Below, piece after piece: positions 48,715-59,730 of a stretch of DNA of 64,000 bases. The notes under the pieces are model-generated. The model worked only from the letters and a program-made list of their open reading frames with translations, searched no databases and had not been told where the DNA came from. Every line of letters begins with the position of its first letter. Positions within the stretch are counted from its first letter, which is position 1. The stretch is from assembly GCF_000143415.4 (NCBI RefSeq), contig NW_003314278.1, positions 264,371 to 328,370 of the forward strand. The letters are read 5' to 3'. Position numbers and translations under genes: made by a program. The stretch comes from Selaginella moellendorffii (lineage: Eukaryota; Plantae; Lycopodiophyta).

Positions 48715-50254
48715 ATGGGTTCTTCTACTGGTGCCGAGGGGCTCGCTCCTCACGCAGCGGTTCTTCCCATTCCAACTCTAGGCCACATCACTCCATTCCT
48801 CCATCTCTCTAGAGCTCTGGCCTCGCGAGGCTTCGTCATAACTTTTATCAACACGGAGGGCAACCACAGGGACTTGAAGGACATCGTTTCACAGGAGGAG
48901 AGCTTTGGCTCTGGTGGCAGCATTCGTTTCGAGACGGTCCCCGGGGTCCAAACGAGCGAGGCCGACTTCACGGCCCCGGAGACGCGGCCAATGTTCTTCG
49001 AGGCATTGATGGCGATGCAGGGTCCAGTGGAGAGCTTGCTCGTCAGGAGCATGGCAAGAGACGATGATCTCGTTCCTCCGGTCTCATGCTTCATCTCGGA
49101 TATGTTGTTCCCGTGGTCCACGGAAGTACCCAGAAGGATCGGAATCCCAGAGGTCAAGTTCTGGGTCGCCAGTGCTTCTTGCGTTTTGCTCTACTCCTCG
49201 TATCCCCAAATGCTGGAGAAGGGAGACATTCCAGTCCAAGGTAAAGCTGCTTTCTTCTTTTTTATTTTTCCTTCTTTCGAGAAGCACTGACGTCCATATA
49301 CGTGTTCCACCAGATCGTTCCATTGAGAAGCGCATAACTTACGTAGACGGCTTGTCACCACTACCAATGTGGAGCCTCCCGGGCGACTTTTCTGCCAGTG
49401 ACGACGACCCGGGATTCGCTCGCGGATACGCCAGAGCCAAGAGCTTCGCCACAACGTCGTGGGTTTTGGTCAACTCGTTCGAAGAACTCGAGGGCAGTGC
49501 CACCTTCCAAGCTCTCCGAGACATCTCTCCCAAAGCAATCGCAGTGGGTCCACTTTCCACCATGGTCCCCGGCTCCAGCAATGCAAGCTTGTGGACGGAA
49601 GACACCGAGAGTTTATCCTGGCTCGGCAAGCAAAGTCCCGGCTCGGTTCTCTACATTTCCTTGGGCACCATCGCGACTCTCAGCTTCGATCAGTTCAAGG
49701 AGTTCTCCGAGGGACTGAGGCTTCTCCAGCGTCCGTTTATCTGGGCCATCCGACCCAAGTCGGTCGCCGGTATGGAGCCCGAGTTCCTGGAGCGTTTCAA
49801 GGAGACCGTGAGGAGCTTTGGACTGGTTGTGAGCTGGGCTCCTCAGGTGGACATCCTCCGCCACCCTTCCACGGCTGGATTTCTCAGTCACTGCGGCTGG
49901 AACTCCATCCTCGAGAGCGTAGCATCCGCGGTGCCCATGCTTTGCTGGCCGTGCGTCGCGGAGCAGAATCTAAACTGCAAGCTAATAGTGGAGGACTGGA
50001 AGATCGGTCTCAAGTTCTCGCGCGTGGCCATGCCGGATCCTCACGAGGTGGGGGTAGCGAGGGACGAGTTTGTGGAGGTGGTGGTAGCGAGGGACGAGTT
50101 TGTGGAGGTGGTGGAGCGATTCATGGGTGCTGACAGTGAGCATTTGAGGATTAACATCAAGAAGCTGAGCGAGGAGGCTCGTAGAGCAGTGTCTAGAGGT
50201 GGCTCCTCGTATGAAAACCTGGAGAGATTTGCTCAAGCAGTGAAAACTTCCTAA
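48715..50254 (+). CDS. UDP-glycosyltransferase, type B copy 5 (divergent mosaic; 33-bp internal duplication)
   Basis: LGHITP, ISD and PSPG intact; intron at 49241-49313; VARDEFVEVV duplicated. Confidence 0.9.
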
Positions 50255-50369
50255 ACTTTGATCCAAAGTCAACTCTATTCAAGAATATACTACCCTCGAT
50301 ATACTTCTTTCTCTCTCTCTCTCAAGATTGGATTGGAAAGACGAGATAAGCACGCGCGTTGCGCGTATA

Positions 50370-51813
50370 ATGGGTTCCAAGATCACACCTCATGTTGTCG
50401 CCGTTCCTCTCCCAGCTCAAGGCCACATCTCTCCACTCTTGCATCTCTGCCAAGCTCTCGCTTCTCATGGATCCATCCTCATCACTTTCGTCAACACGGA
50501 GGCCAATCAAGACAGCATCAAGGAAATGCTGGGAGATGGCGTCGAGGGCATTCGCTTCGAGACCTTCCCCGGGCTGGAGGCGGCTTACCACGGCCTCGAC
50601 TTGACCCAGCTCGAGAATCGCCAGATCTTCTACCGGGCTATGGTCGACATGGAAGCGCCAGTGGAGAGGCTGCTACGAGAGAAGATCATCGCCAAGGGCC
50701 CCCCTGTTTCGTGCATCGTCTCCGAGTTGTTCCCCTGGATGAGAGATCTGGCGGCCAGAATCGGAGTTCCAAGCGTTTACTTCTGGCCTACGAGTGCTGC
50801 TTGTGTTCTTCTGGATTTTTCCATTCCCTTGCTCTTGGAGAGAGGAGACATACCCGTCGAAGGTATGATTATCAACCATGGTTCCTTACTTATTTTCTTT
50901 TCCATGGTTTCTTCCAGATTTCTCTATGGACAAATCCATCGAGTACGTGCGTGGCTTGTCACCATTGCCTGTGTGGAGTCTTCCCCGGGTTTTTGCTTTC
51001 AGGGATGATCCAAGTTTCACTCGCAGGTACGAGAGGCTAAAAAACATCCCCCAGAATTCTTGGTTCCTGGCCAACACTTTCGAGGAGCTCGAAGGTGGCG
51101 CGCTTGAGGCCGTGAGAGATTACATCCCAAGGATAATACCCATAGGTCCCGCGTTTCTATCTTCACCATCCATGAAAAATGCAAGCCTCTGGAAGGAAGA
51201 CAACGAGTGCTTAGCATGGCTCAACGAGCAAGAAGAAGGATCCGTGCTCTACATAGCTTTTGGTAGCATCGCCACCCTGAGCTTGGAACAAGCTAAAGAG
51301 ATAGCAGCAGGGCTGGAAGAACTCCAGAGGCCATTTCTATGGGGGATTCGTCCAAAGTCTGTGCCGGGTATGGAGCCCGAGTTTCTGGAACCGTTCAAAG
51401 AGAGAGTAAGAAGTTTTGGGCGAGTTATAACTTGGGCTCCCCAGCGAGAAGTTCTCCAGCATGCTTCTATTGGGGGATTTTTCACTCACTGTGGATGGAA
51501 TTCTGTGCTGGAAAGCATGGCTGCTGGTGTGCCTATGATCTGCCACCCTTGCGTTGCGGAACAAAATCTGAATTGCAAGTTGGTGGTGGAAGATTGGAAG
51601 ATTGGATTGCGATATTCCAATGTGGGATCTGGGAAGCTTGTGGTGAGGGATGAATTTCAAAAGGTGGTGAAGAAATTGATGGAAGATGACAATGGTATTG
51701 CGCAATACATGAGGAGTAATGCAAAGAAGCTGAGTGAAGAAGCTAGAAAAGCAGTGTGTGTGGGGGGCTCTTCATACCAAAATCTGGAAAATTTTATCTT
51801 GTCACTAAAATAA
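50370..51813 (+). CDS. UDP-glycosyltransferase, type C copy 1
   Basis: MGSKITPHVVAVPLPAQGHISP; WAPQREVLQH..HCGWNS..HPCVAEQ; one intron. Confidence 0.92.
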
Positions 51814-53225
51814 TAATTTTATTCCAATAGTTTGCTTAATTTATGTATGTAAGAAAGTCTTCATTACTTCGGCAAATCTCTCCAGGTTTTCATACGAGGA
51901 GCCACCTCTAGACACAGCTCTATGAGCCTCCTCGCTCAGCTTCTTCACGTTAATCCTCAAATGCTCACTGTCAGCTCCCATGAATCGCTCCACCACCTCC
52001 ACAAACTCGTCCCTCGCCACCACCACGTCGCGAGGATCCGACCTCGTCATGTTCGAGAACTTGAGACCGATCTTCCAGTCCTCCACCACTAGCTTGCAGT
52101 TTAGATTCTGCTCCGCGACGCACGGCCAGCAAAGCATGGGCACCGCGGATGCTACGCTCTCGAGGATGGAGTTCCAGCCGCAGTGACTGAGAAATCCAGC
52201 CGTGGAAGGGTGGCGGAGGATGTCCACCTGAGGAGCCCAGCTCACAACCAGTCCAAAGCTCCTCACGGTCTCCTTGAAACACTCCAGGAACTCGGGCTCC
52301 ATGCCGGTGACCGACTTGGGTCGGATGGCCCAGATAAACGGACGCTGGAGAAGCCTCAGTCCCTCGGAGAACTCCTTGAACTGATCGAAGCTGAGAGTCG
52401 CGATGGTGCCCAAGGAAATGTAGAGAACCGAGCCGGGACTTTGCTTGCCGAGCCAGGATAAACTCTCGCTGTCTTCCTCCCACAGGGCACTGTTGCGTGG
52501 TTCGGAGCCGGGGATCATGGTGAAAACAGGACCCACTGCGATTGTTCTGGGAGAGATGTCTCGGAAAGCTTGGAATGCGGCACTGCCCTCGAGTTCTTCG
52601 AACGAGTTTATCAAAACCCACGAGGTTGTGGCGAAGATCTTGGCTCTAGCGCACTTGCCAGCGAATCCCGGGTCGTCGTCATTGGCAGAAAAGTCGCCCG
52701 GGAGGCTCCACATTGGTAGTGGTGACAAGCCGTCTACGTAAGTTATGCACTTCTCAATGGAACGATCTGGCGGAAGACGTTAGAGCTTCTCGAAAGAAGG
52801 AAAGGGAAAAAAAGAAAGATACCTTGGACTGGAATGTCTCCCTTCTCCAACATTTGCGGAACCGCGCACTCGAGCAAAACGCAAGAGGCACTGGCAGTCC
52901 AGAACTTGACCTCTGGGATTCCAATCCTTCTTGTTACTTCCGCGGACCACGGGAAGAACATATCCGAGATGAAGCACGAGACCGGAGGAACGAGATCATC
53001 GTCTCTGGCCATGTTCCTGATGAGCAAGCTCTCCACTGGAGCCTGCATCTCCATCACTGCCTCGGAGAACATCCGCCGCTTCTCCGGGACCGCCAAGTCG
53101 ACGTCGCTTGCTTGGATGCCCGGGACCGTCTCGAAGCGAATGCCGCCACCACAGCCATAGCTCTCCTTCGAAACGATGTTCTTCAAGTCCCGCTGGTTGC
53201 CCTCCGTGTTGATGAAAGTTATGCC

Positions 53226-53378
53226 TGTAGGAATAATGATGAACACGACAAGCAGTCCGAATCGTGATCAGATCTCTGGTGATTTCTGATTTGATTGAAG
53301 TTGTATATATATACAGCCATAAATGAATCAATGCGTGTTGAAGTGAAATTCCGTTGTTCTTGCTCCGCTTTTCTTTCT
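53226..53378 (+). repeat. 5' LTR (TG...CT)
   Basis: Direct repeat of 57659-57811; contains a TATATATA tract. Confidence 0.95.
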
Positions 53379-53435
53379 TGGTATCGGAGTGCTGGTTTCT
53401 GAACTCTTTCTTCTCCTTTCTTTGTGCCTTGCATC

Positions 53436-56400
53436 ATGAGCTGCAGCAAAGTTGGATTGATCTTGCTTCAGGGAGTCACTGCCTTTGATGGGAGGAGAGG
53501 GTTCAACACTTGGTCCGAGAAAATGATGCGCGTGCTGCAGATGGAAGAACTCTGGGAAATCGTTTCACCACCAACAATCGCTGCAGATGCTCGTACGCGG
53601 CGAGCCCCTGCTGTGTTGGGAGCTTCAACTTCAGTGGAAGGAGAAGTCGTGGATGAAGAGGCAATTCGTGCCTCTGTTGCAGCAGCTCGACAACAGCTTG
53701 ATCCAGGGGAACAAGCTGCGCTGGAGAAGAAGGAATCTCGAGCAAAAGGATTGATTCTTTCTAAGCTTGCAGATGCCCTTATGATGCGTTTGCGTCATAA
53801 GTGTGCTTGTGAGATCTGGGCTCATCTCCACAACAAGTATGCTGTTCTTTCCCTCTCCAAGATTAGCATGGTCGAGACTTGCATTCGTGAGACCCGTTTT
53901 CATCCAGGTGAGAACTTTGAAGAGTTCCTCGCCAAGATGCAAGATCTGTGGATGGAGCTTGAAGGCAGTCCAGCAGCGTTCAACGAAAGCAAGAAAGTTC
54001 TGGCACTTTGCGAGGCCATGCAAGATTCTTCTTTTAGTTCTTTCGTCCCTACCGTTCGCATGATGTCGCTCAACTTTGAACAAGCTGAGCAAACTTTACG
54101 CTCGGAGCTGGCTGCGAGAGGTTTAATTGTGGACTTTGATCAGAGGCCTTCCCATGTTTTGATCTCACAGTCTACATCAAATGCTTCTGCATCAAGCAAT
54201 CAGTCAGGGACTGATTCAGCTCTGTGGGCTGGAAATCATCGAGGCAGAGGAGGCCGCGGAAGAGGAGGACAAGGCAGAGGTCGCGGGTTTAGGGGAAATC
54301 CGCAGCAGCAGCAGAATTCAGGGAATTCTGGTAAAGAAGCAGCAGTTCGGGATTGTTTTGTGGGCAAGAACAAACAGGAATGCTGGACCTGTGGGATGCC
54401 AGGGCACTACTCCAAGGATTGCCCAGTTGCAGCTTGGCTGCAGCGCATGAACATAGGGCTCGCAGCAAATGCTCAGGAAGGGGAAACACAGGAACTTGTG
54501 GCATCATCTGAGGTAGCAGTTCCAAACGTTTCTGAAAAACTGACCATCGATTCAGGTTCAGAGAGACACCTGATGCAAAGCGAGTCGAACTTTGTGCAGT
54601 TGCATGCTGCAAAAGGGAAGTGCATTCGTGTGGGAGATGGAAGCATTTTACCTGTTCGCGCAACTGGGGATGTGCGAGTTCCACTGGGAAGAAAGTCTCT
54701 GCTCTTGAAGAATGCGTGGTATGTTCCAAAGATAGTGAAGAATCTGGTTTCTGTAGCCAGGCTTACGGATGAAGGTCTGGATGTGAATTTCTCCAAACAT
54801 CAATGTCAAGTTCTTGCAAATGGCCGTCCATTACTGCATTTTCCCAGATGTGGTAACCTGTTTGAGAAGGAGATAGCTTCTGGAGAAAAATCGAATGCTC
54901 CTGAGATATGCATGACTGCAGATAGTTCTCTCTGGCATTCTCGACTTGCACATGCCAATCCCCCTCTCATCAGGCGTATGCAGAAGCAAGAGCTTGTGGA
55001 TGGCTTCAACGACCACGTTCTTCAAAGTTCAGCAAAATGTCACACTTGCATTCTTGGCAAGCAAACCCGTCGTACTTTCAAACCTGCTGTGACCAGAAGC
55101 ACTTGTCCCTTGCAGCTCATTCACTCAGATGTTTGTGGACCCATGCGACTGTTTGCTCAGAATGGCACGAAGTATTTTGTGACATTTACAGATGATTTCT
55201 CCAGGCACACGGACGTCTTCTTTCTTCGTCACAAAGATGAAGTCTTTAGCAAATTCAAGCAATTCGTAGTAGAAGCCGAAGTGAAAACTGGTCAGAGGGT
55301 TGGTTGTTTACGTACTGATTCAGGAGGGGAATACGTCAACAAGTCCTTTCAGCAGTTCTGTGCTGAACGAGGAATTCTTCATCAGCGCTCTTGCTCTCAT
55401 ACCCCTCAACAGAATGGAGTCTCTGAGCGCAAGAATAGGACAATCATGAACGCAGTTCGGTGCTTCCTTCAAGAATCAGGACTACCAAAATTCCTCTGGG
55501 CTGAAGCAGTTGGATCAGCTGTGCATGTTCAAAACCTTCTCCCTCATTCTCGCAATCCCAACAAGATCCCAGAAGAGCTTTGGACTGGTCAAAGACAATC
55601 GGTGGTGCATCTTAGGCGTTTTGGTTGTTTAAGCTTTGCAAAAAGGGTGGATGAGCATCTTGGCAAGTTGGAGAGCAGAAGCAAGCTGGCCTTTCTTGTT
55701 GGATACGATTCCAATTCAAAAGGATATCGCCTGTACCAGCCTGGTAATCATCAAATCTTTGTAAGCACTGATGTTCGTTTTGATGAAGGAACACTCTACA
55801 AAGATCATGTTCAAGAAGAAGGAAGCTCAGATCAGAACATGAACTGGACTCCGGAAGAATGGAGTTGGGATGGTGTTGAAGACGGTGATGAAGATGACGA
55901 TGATCTGACAATCATCTATCCCTCATCTCCTTTAGCAGATGATCATCCAACACCAATCTCTGGATCTTTTCTTCCTGAAGAACAGGGCGATACTACTCAT
56001 CGTGCACGAACTGGAGAAGTCGACAGGCTCACACGAGATCTACCATTCAATGTGGAGAACTATGGGCGGACATCATCTAGACGATCAAGCAGAGCACCTC
56101 ATCCCAAGCAATGGTCTTTTGCAGCAACAGAAATAGCTTCTGAACCAGTCAACTTTGAGCAGGTGATTCAAGCTCCTGATGCAGATAAGTGGATTTCAGC
56201 AATGCAAGATGAGTTGAATTCTCTTGATGAGAACCAGACTTATGACTTGGTGGAAGCTCCTGAAGGACGTGAAGTTGTTGGATCACGCTGGGTGTTCAAG
56301 CTTCACAGAAATCCTGATGGATCAGTACAGCGTTACAAAGCAAGACTTGTTGCTCAAGGATATTCACAAGTTCCTGGAGTGGATTTTGATGAGACGTTCT

Positions 56401-57650
56401 CACCAATTGTGAAGCAGACAAGTATCAGAATGCTTCTGGCTTTTACAGCGGAGTTTGGTTTGTGCGCACATCACATGGACGTAAAAACAGCCTTCCTTAA
56501 TGGGAACTTGAAGGAGGAGATATTTATGCGGCAACCCCCAGGCTTTGAGCTTTTTGGATCACGGTGCTCCGAACTCGTCTGCAAGCTTCGCAAGGCTCTT
56601 TATGGCCTTAAGCAAGCTTCCCGTCAGTGGTATGAATGTTTGGATTCTTTTCTTATGGATCTCGGTATGCAGAGGTTGAACAGCGATGGAAATCTATATC
56701 TTCTTAGCAACAATCACACTGTTTTGAAGGATGTGAAGATCAAGCTTATGAACAGGTTTGTGATGAAGGACTTAGGAGCTGTGCGGCAGCTGTTAGGGAT
56801 GGAAGTTGACAGGGATGAAGCAGACAGGACAATCACCCTCACACAGTGCCAATATGTGAAGAAGCTTCTCAACCAGTTCAACATGACAAGTTGCAAATCC
56901 GTGGCTACACCAGTCGTCACTGGCATCAAGTTCACAAGCAAGATGGATGATTTATTTGATCAGCCCTCGGTCTATCGATCGCTTGTTGGAGGACTACTCT
57001 ACCTCGCCAACATGACTCGCCCTGACATCTCCTTTGCCGTTGGTCTCCTCAGCCGATACATGCAGTCTCCGAGTTGTTATCATTGGCAGATGGCGAAGAG
57101 AGTTTTGAGATATTTGAAAGGAACAGCTGCTCATGGATTGGTTTACAAATGCTCAGGTCAATCCAAACTTGTTCTTCAAGCTTACTGCGATGCAGATTGG
57201 GCTGGCAACTTGGATACACGACATTCAACCTCCGGAATTTGCTGCATAATTGCTGGTGCTCCGGTTTCATGGGGAAGCAAGAAGCAAACGACGGTTGCTC
57301 TTTCCAGTGTAGAAGCAGAATACGTAGCTGCCAGTACAGCAGCAAGGGAGATCATCTGGCTTCGTCGATTACTTGGAGAACTCAATCAACAGCAATCAGA
57401 TGCGACCATTCTGCATTGCGACAGCAGAAGTGCAATCGCCATGTCAAAGAATCCTGTGTTTCATGCTCGTACGAAACATATAGACGTGCAGCATCACTTC
57501 ATTCGCGAACATGTAGCAGCCAGAGATCTTCACCTGGAATACGTTCCTTCACAGTATCAGTTGGCGGACCTTCTAACCAAGCCACTTTCGGAGCTCACAT
57601 TCATCAAGCTGAGGAATCAACTTGGAGTGTCAAGCACACCCTCAGCTTGA
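53436..57650 (+). CDS. Copia gag-pol polyprotein (RT catalytic YVDD segment missing)
   Basis: CWTCGMPGHYSKDC knuckle; IDSG protease; WHSRLAH..CHTC, HSDVCGP, TDSGGEY, NGVSER integrase; YKARLVAQG, MDVKTAFLNG, LYGLKQA RT; YCDADWAG, EAEY, ADLLTK RNase H. Confidence 0.95.
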   Translation: MSCSKVGLILLQGVTAFDGRRGFNTWSEKMMRVLQMEELWEIVSPPTIAADARTRRAPAVLGASTSVEGEVVDEEAIRASVAAARQQLDPGEQAALEKKESRAKGLILSKLADALMMRLRHKCACEIWAHLHNKYAVLSLSKISMVETCIRETRFHPGENFEEFLAKMQDLWMELEGSPAAFNESKKVLALCEAMQDSSFSSFVPTVRMMSLNFEQAEQTLRSELAARGLIVDFDQRPSHVLISQSTSNASASSNQSGTDSALWAGNHRGRGGRGRGGQGRGRGFRGNPQQQQNSGNSGKEAAVRDCFVGKNKQECWTCGMPGHYSKDCPVAAWLQRMNIGLAANAQEGETQELVASSEVAVPNVSEKLTIDSGSERHLMQSESNFVQLHAAKGKCIRVGDGSILPVRATGDVRVPLGRKSLLLKNAWYVPKIVKNLVSVARLTDEGLDVNFSKHQCQVLANGRPLLHFPRCGNLFEKEIASGEKSNAPEICMTADSSLWHSRLAHANPPLIRRMQKQELVDGFNDHVLQSSAKCHTCILGKQTRRTFKPAVTRSTCPLQLIHSDVCGPMRLFAQNGTKYFVTFTDDFSRHTDVFFLRHKDEVFSKFKQFVVEAEVKTGQRVGCLRTDSGGEYVNKSFQQFCAERGILHQRSCSHTPQQNGVSERKNRTIMNAVRCFLQESGLPKFLWAEAVGSAVHVQNLLPHSRNPNKIPEELWTGQRQSVVHLRRFGCLSFAKRVDEHLGKLESRSKLAFLVGYDSNSKGYRLYQPGNHQIFVSTDVRFDEGTLYKDHVQEEGSSDQNMNWTPEEWSWDGVEDGDEDDDDLTIIYPSSPLADDHPTPISGSFLPEEQGDTTHRARTGEVDRLTRDLPFNVENYGRTSSRRSSRAPHPKQWSFAATEIASEPVNFEQVIQAPDADKWISAMQDELNSLDENQTYDLVEAPEGREVVGSRWVFKLHRNPDGSVQRYKARLVAQGYSQVPGVDFDETFSPIVKQTSIRMLLAFTAEFGLCAHHMDVKTAFLNGNLKEEIFMRQPPGFELFGSRCSELVCKLRKALYGLKQASRQWYECLDSFLMDLGMQRLNSDGNLYLLSNNHTVLKDVKIKLMNRFVMKDLGAVRQLLGMEVDRDEADRTITLTQCQYVKKLLNQFNMTSCKSVATPVVTGIKFTSKMDDLFDQPSVYRSLVGGLLYLANMTRPDISFAVGLLSRYMQSPSCYHWQMAKRVLRYLKGTAAHGLVYKCSGQSKLVLQAYCDADWAGNLDTRHSTSGICCIIAGAPVSWGSKKQTTVALSSVEAEYVAASTAAREIIWLRRLLGELNQQQSDATILHCDSRSAIAMSKNPVFHARTKHIDVQHHFIREHVAARDLHLEYVPSQYQLADLLTKPLSELTFIKLRNQLGVSSTPSA

Positions 57651-57658
57651 AGGGGGAG

Positions 57659-57811
57659 TGTAGGAATAATGATGAACACGACAAGCAGTCCGAATCGTGA
57701 TCAGATCTCTGGTGATTTCTGATTTGATTGAAGTTGTATATATATACAGCCATAAATGAATCAATGCGTGTTGAAGTGAAATTCCGTTGTTCTTGCTCCG
57801 CTTTTCTTTCT
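57659..57811 (+). repeat. 3' LTR (TG...CT)
   Basis: Identical by eye to the 5' LTR. Confidence 0.95.
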
Positions 57812-58577
57812 ATGCCGAAGCCTCGCGAGGCCAGAGCTCTTGAGAGGTGGAGGAGTGGGGAGATGTGGCCTTGGGTTGGAATGGGAAGAACCGCTGCGTG
57901 AGGAGCGAGCCTCCTGGCACCAGTCGAAGAGCCCATTGACGGAGAAAAGGAAAAGCTAAACAGTTCTCAAGCTTTTACTTCTTGTGTGCTCTCACGACGA
58001 AGGCAAAACAGGCTGGATCCAGTGCTCCACATTGTGCTATCGTCAACTTATAAGCTACCACCCAAAATGTTCAAAGATTGAAAGTTCTTCACCTTTGCTA
58101 CTCTTCCATTGCTTGGTGCCTTGAGGACGAGGATGGAAATTCTGGCCTGGCAAAGTAAAGCCTGGAATCCATTTGCTTAGTGCTTGTGTGTACACGATCA
58201 AAGAGAGAACTGAATTGCTGCTGTCTTGTTTCCATCATCATACCAAGAGAAAAAGTGCTAAACAGCGAAACAGCTGGCCAAGGAAAAACGACAGACAACC
58301 GAATCGAACTACAGACCATCTTTATATTATATAATATAATGTTTATTTAAATTTTCTAAGTAAAAAATAATAACTGATCTTTTTGAACAACTTATCAAAG
58401 AAACATTATTTTAATAAAGAATGAAATTTATTTTGAAATCTCATGAGCAACATAAATGAAAAAATAGGTATTATGAATAGTTATCCTGCATGATAAAATA
58501 TTCAGACAAAAATAATTGTATAAATAATAAAATTAAAAAAGAATATATTCATAGACAAAGAACCTAGGTTGGAATTT

Positions 58578-59627
58578 TTCTGGACCGCCAGTGCCTCTTG
58601 CGTTTTGCTCGATTGCTCGTTTCCGCGAATGCTGGAGAAGGGAGACGTTCCAGTCCAAGGTAAAGCTTCTTTCTTCTTTTTTATTTGTCCTTCTTTCGAG
58701 AAGCACTAACGTGTTCCGCCAGATCGTTCCATTGAAAAGTACATCACTTACGTAGACGGCTTGTCACCACTGCCAATCTGGGGCCTCCCGCGCGACCTTT
58801 CTGCCATTGACGAATCAAGATTCGCTCGCAGATACGCTAGAGCCAAGAGCTTCGCCACAACATCGTGGGTTTTGGTCAACTCGTTCGAAGAACTCGAGGG
58901 CAGTGCCACCTTCCAAGCCCTCCGAGACATCTCTCCCAAAACAATCGCAGTGGGTCCTCTTTTCACCATGGCCCCCGGCTGCAACAAGGCAAGCTTGTGG
59001 AAGGAAGACACCGAGAGTTTATCCTGGCTCGGCAAGCAAAGTCCCGGCTCGGTTCTCTACATTTCCTTGGGCAGCATCGCCACTCTCAGCTTCGATCAGT
59101 TCAAGGAGTTCTCCGAGGGACTGAGGCTTCTCCAGCGTCCGTTTATCTGGGCCATCCGACCCAAGTCGGTCGCCGGCATGGAGCCCGAGTTCCTGGAGCG
59201 TTTCAAGGAGGCCGTGAGGAGCTTTGGACTGGTTGTGAGCTGGGCTCCTCAGGTAGACATCCTCCGCCACCCTTCCACCGCTGGATTTCTCAGTCACTGC
59301 GGCTGGAACTCCATCCTCGAGAGCGTAGCATCCGCGGTGTCCATGCTTTGCTGGCCGTGCGTCGCGGAGCAGAATCTAAACTGCAAGTTGATAGTGGAGG
59401 ACTGGAAGATCGGTCTCAAGTTCTCGTGCGTGACCATGCCGGATCCTCCCGAGGTGATGGCGAGGGACGAGTTTGTGGAGGTGGTGGAGCGATTCATGGG
59501 AACTGACAGTGAGCATTTGAGGATTAACGTGAAGAAGCTGAGCGAGGAGGCTCGTAGAGCAGTGTCTAGAGGTGGCTCCTCGTATGAAAACCTGCAGAGA
59601 TTTGCTCAAGCAGTGAAAATTTCCTAA
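58578..59627 (+). pseudogene. 5'-truncated type-B UGT
   Basis: Begins abruptly at FWTASASCVLL after an AT-rich block and lacks the N-terminal His region. Confidence 0.88.
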
Positions 59628-59730
59628 ACTTCAATCCAAAACTAAGAGAAAACTTCAAAGCATCTACTCTATTCAAGAATATACTACTCTTTCTCTCTCT
59701 CTGAAGATAAGCACGCGCTTTGCGCGTATA

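Larger units (their letters stand above)
37619..50254 (+). repeat. Tandem array of ~2.75-2.80-kb units (UGT type B + chimeric UGT pseudogene)
   Basis: Type-B ATGs at 37619, 40373, 43149, 45950 and 48715 (spacings 2754, 2776, 2801, 2765). Confidence 0.95.
53226..57811 (+). mobile_element. Ty1/Copia LTR retrotransposon with both LTRs, recent insertion
   Basis: Identical 153-bp LTRs at 53226-53378 and 57659-57811; TSD ATGCC (53221-53225 and 57812-57816); PBS TGGTATCGGAG at 53379 (tRNA-iMet type); PPT GAAGGGGGAG at 57649-57658; domain order gag-PR-INT-RT-RH. Confidence 0.97.
51841..57936 (-). pseudogene. UDP-glycosyltransferase, type D (inverted B-like), disrupted in exon 1 by a Copia insertion
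   Basis: MGSSTGARRLAPH..ASRGFG at 57936-57812, continuing ITFINTEG.. from 53225 downward; the remainder is intact. Confidence 0.92.

Noticed and set aside
58098-58319. 73-aa minus-strand ORF upstream of UGT D1
   Set aside because: No recognisable motif, so it cannot be supported as a gene from sequence alone.
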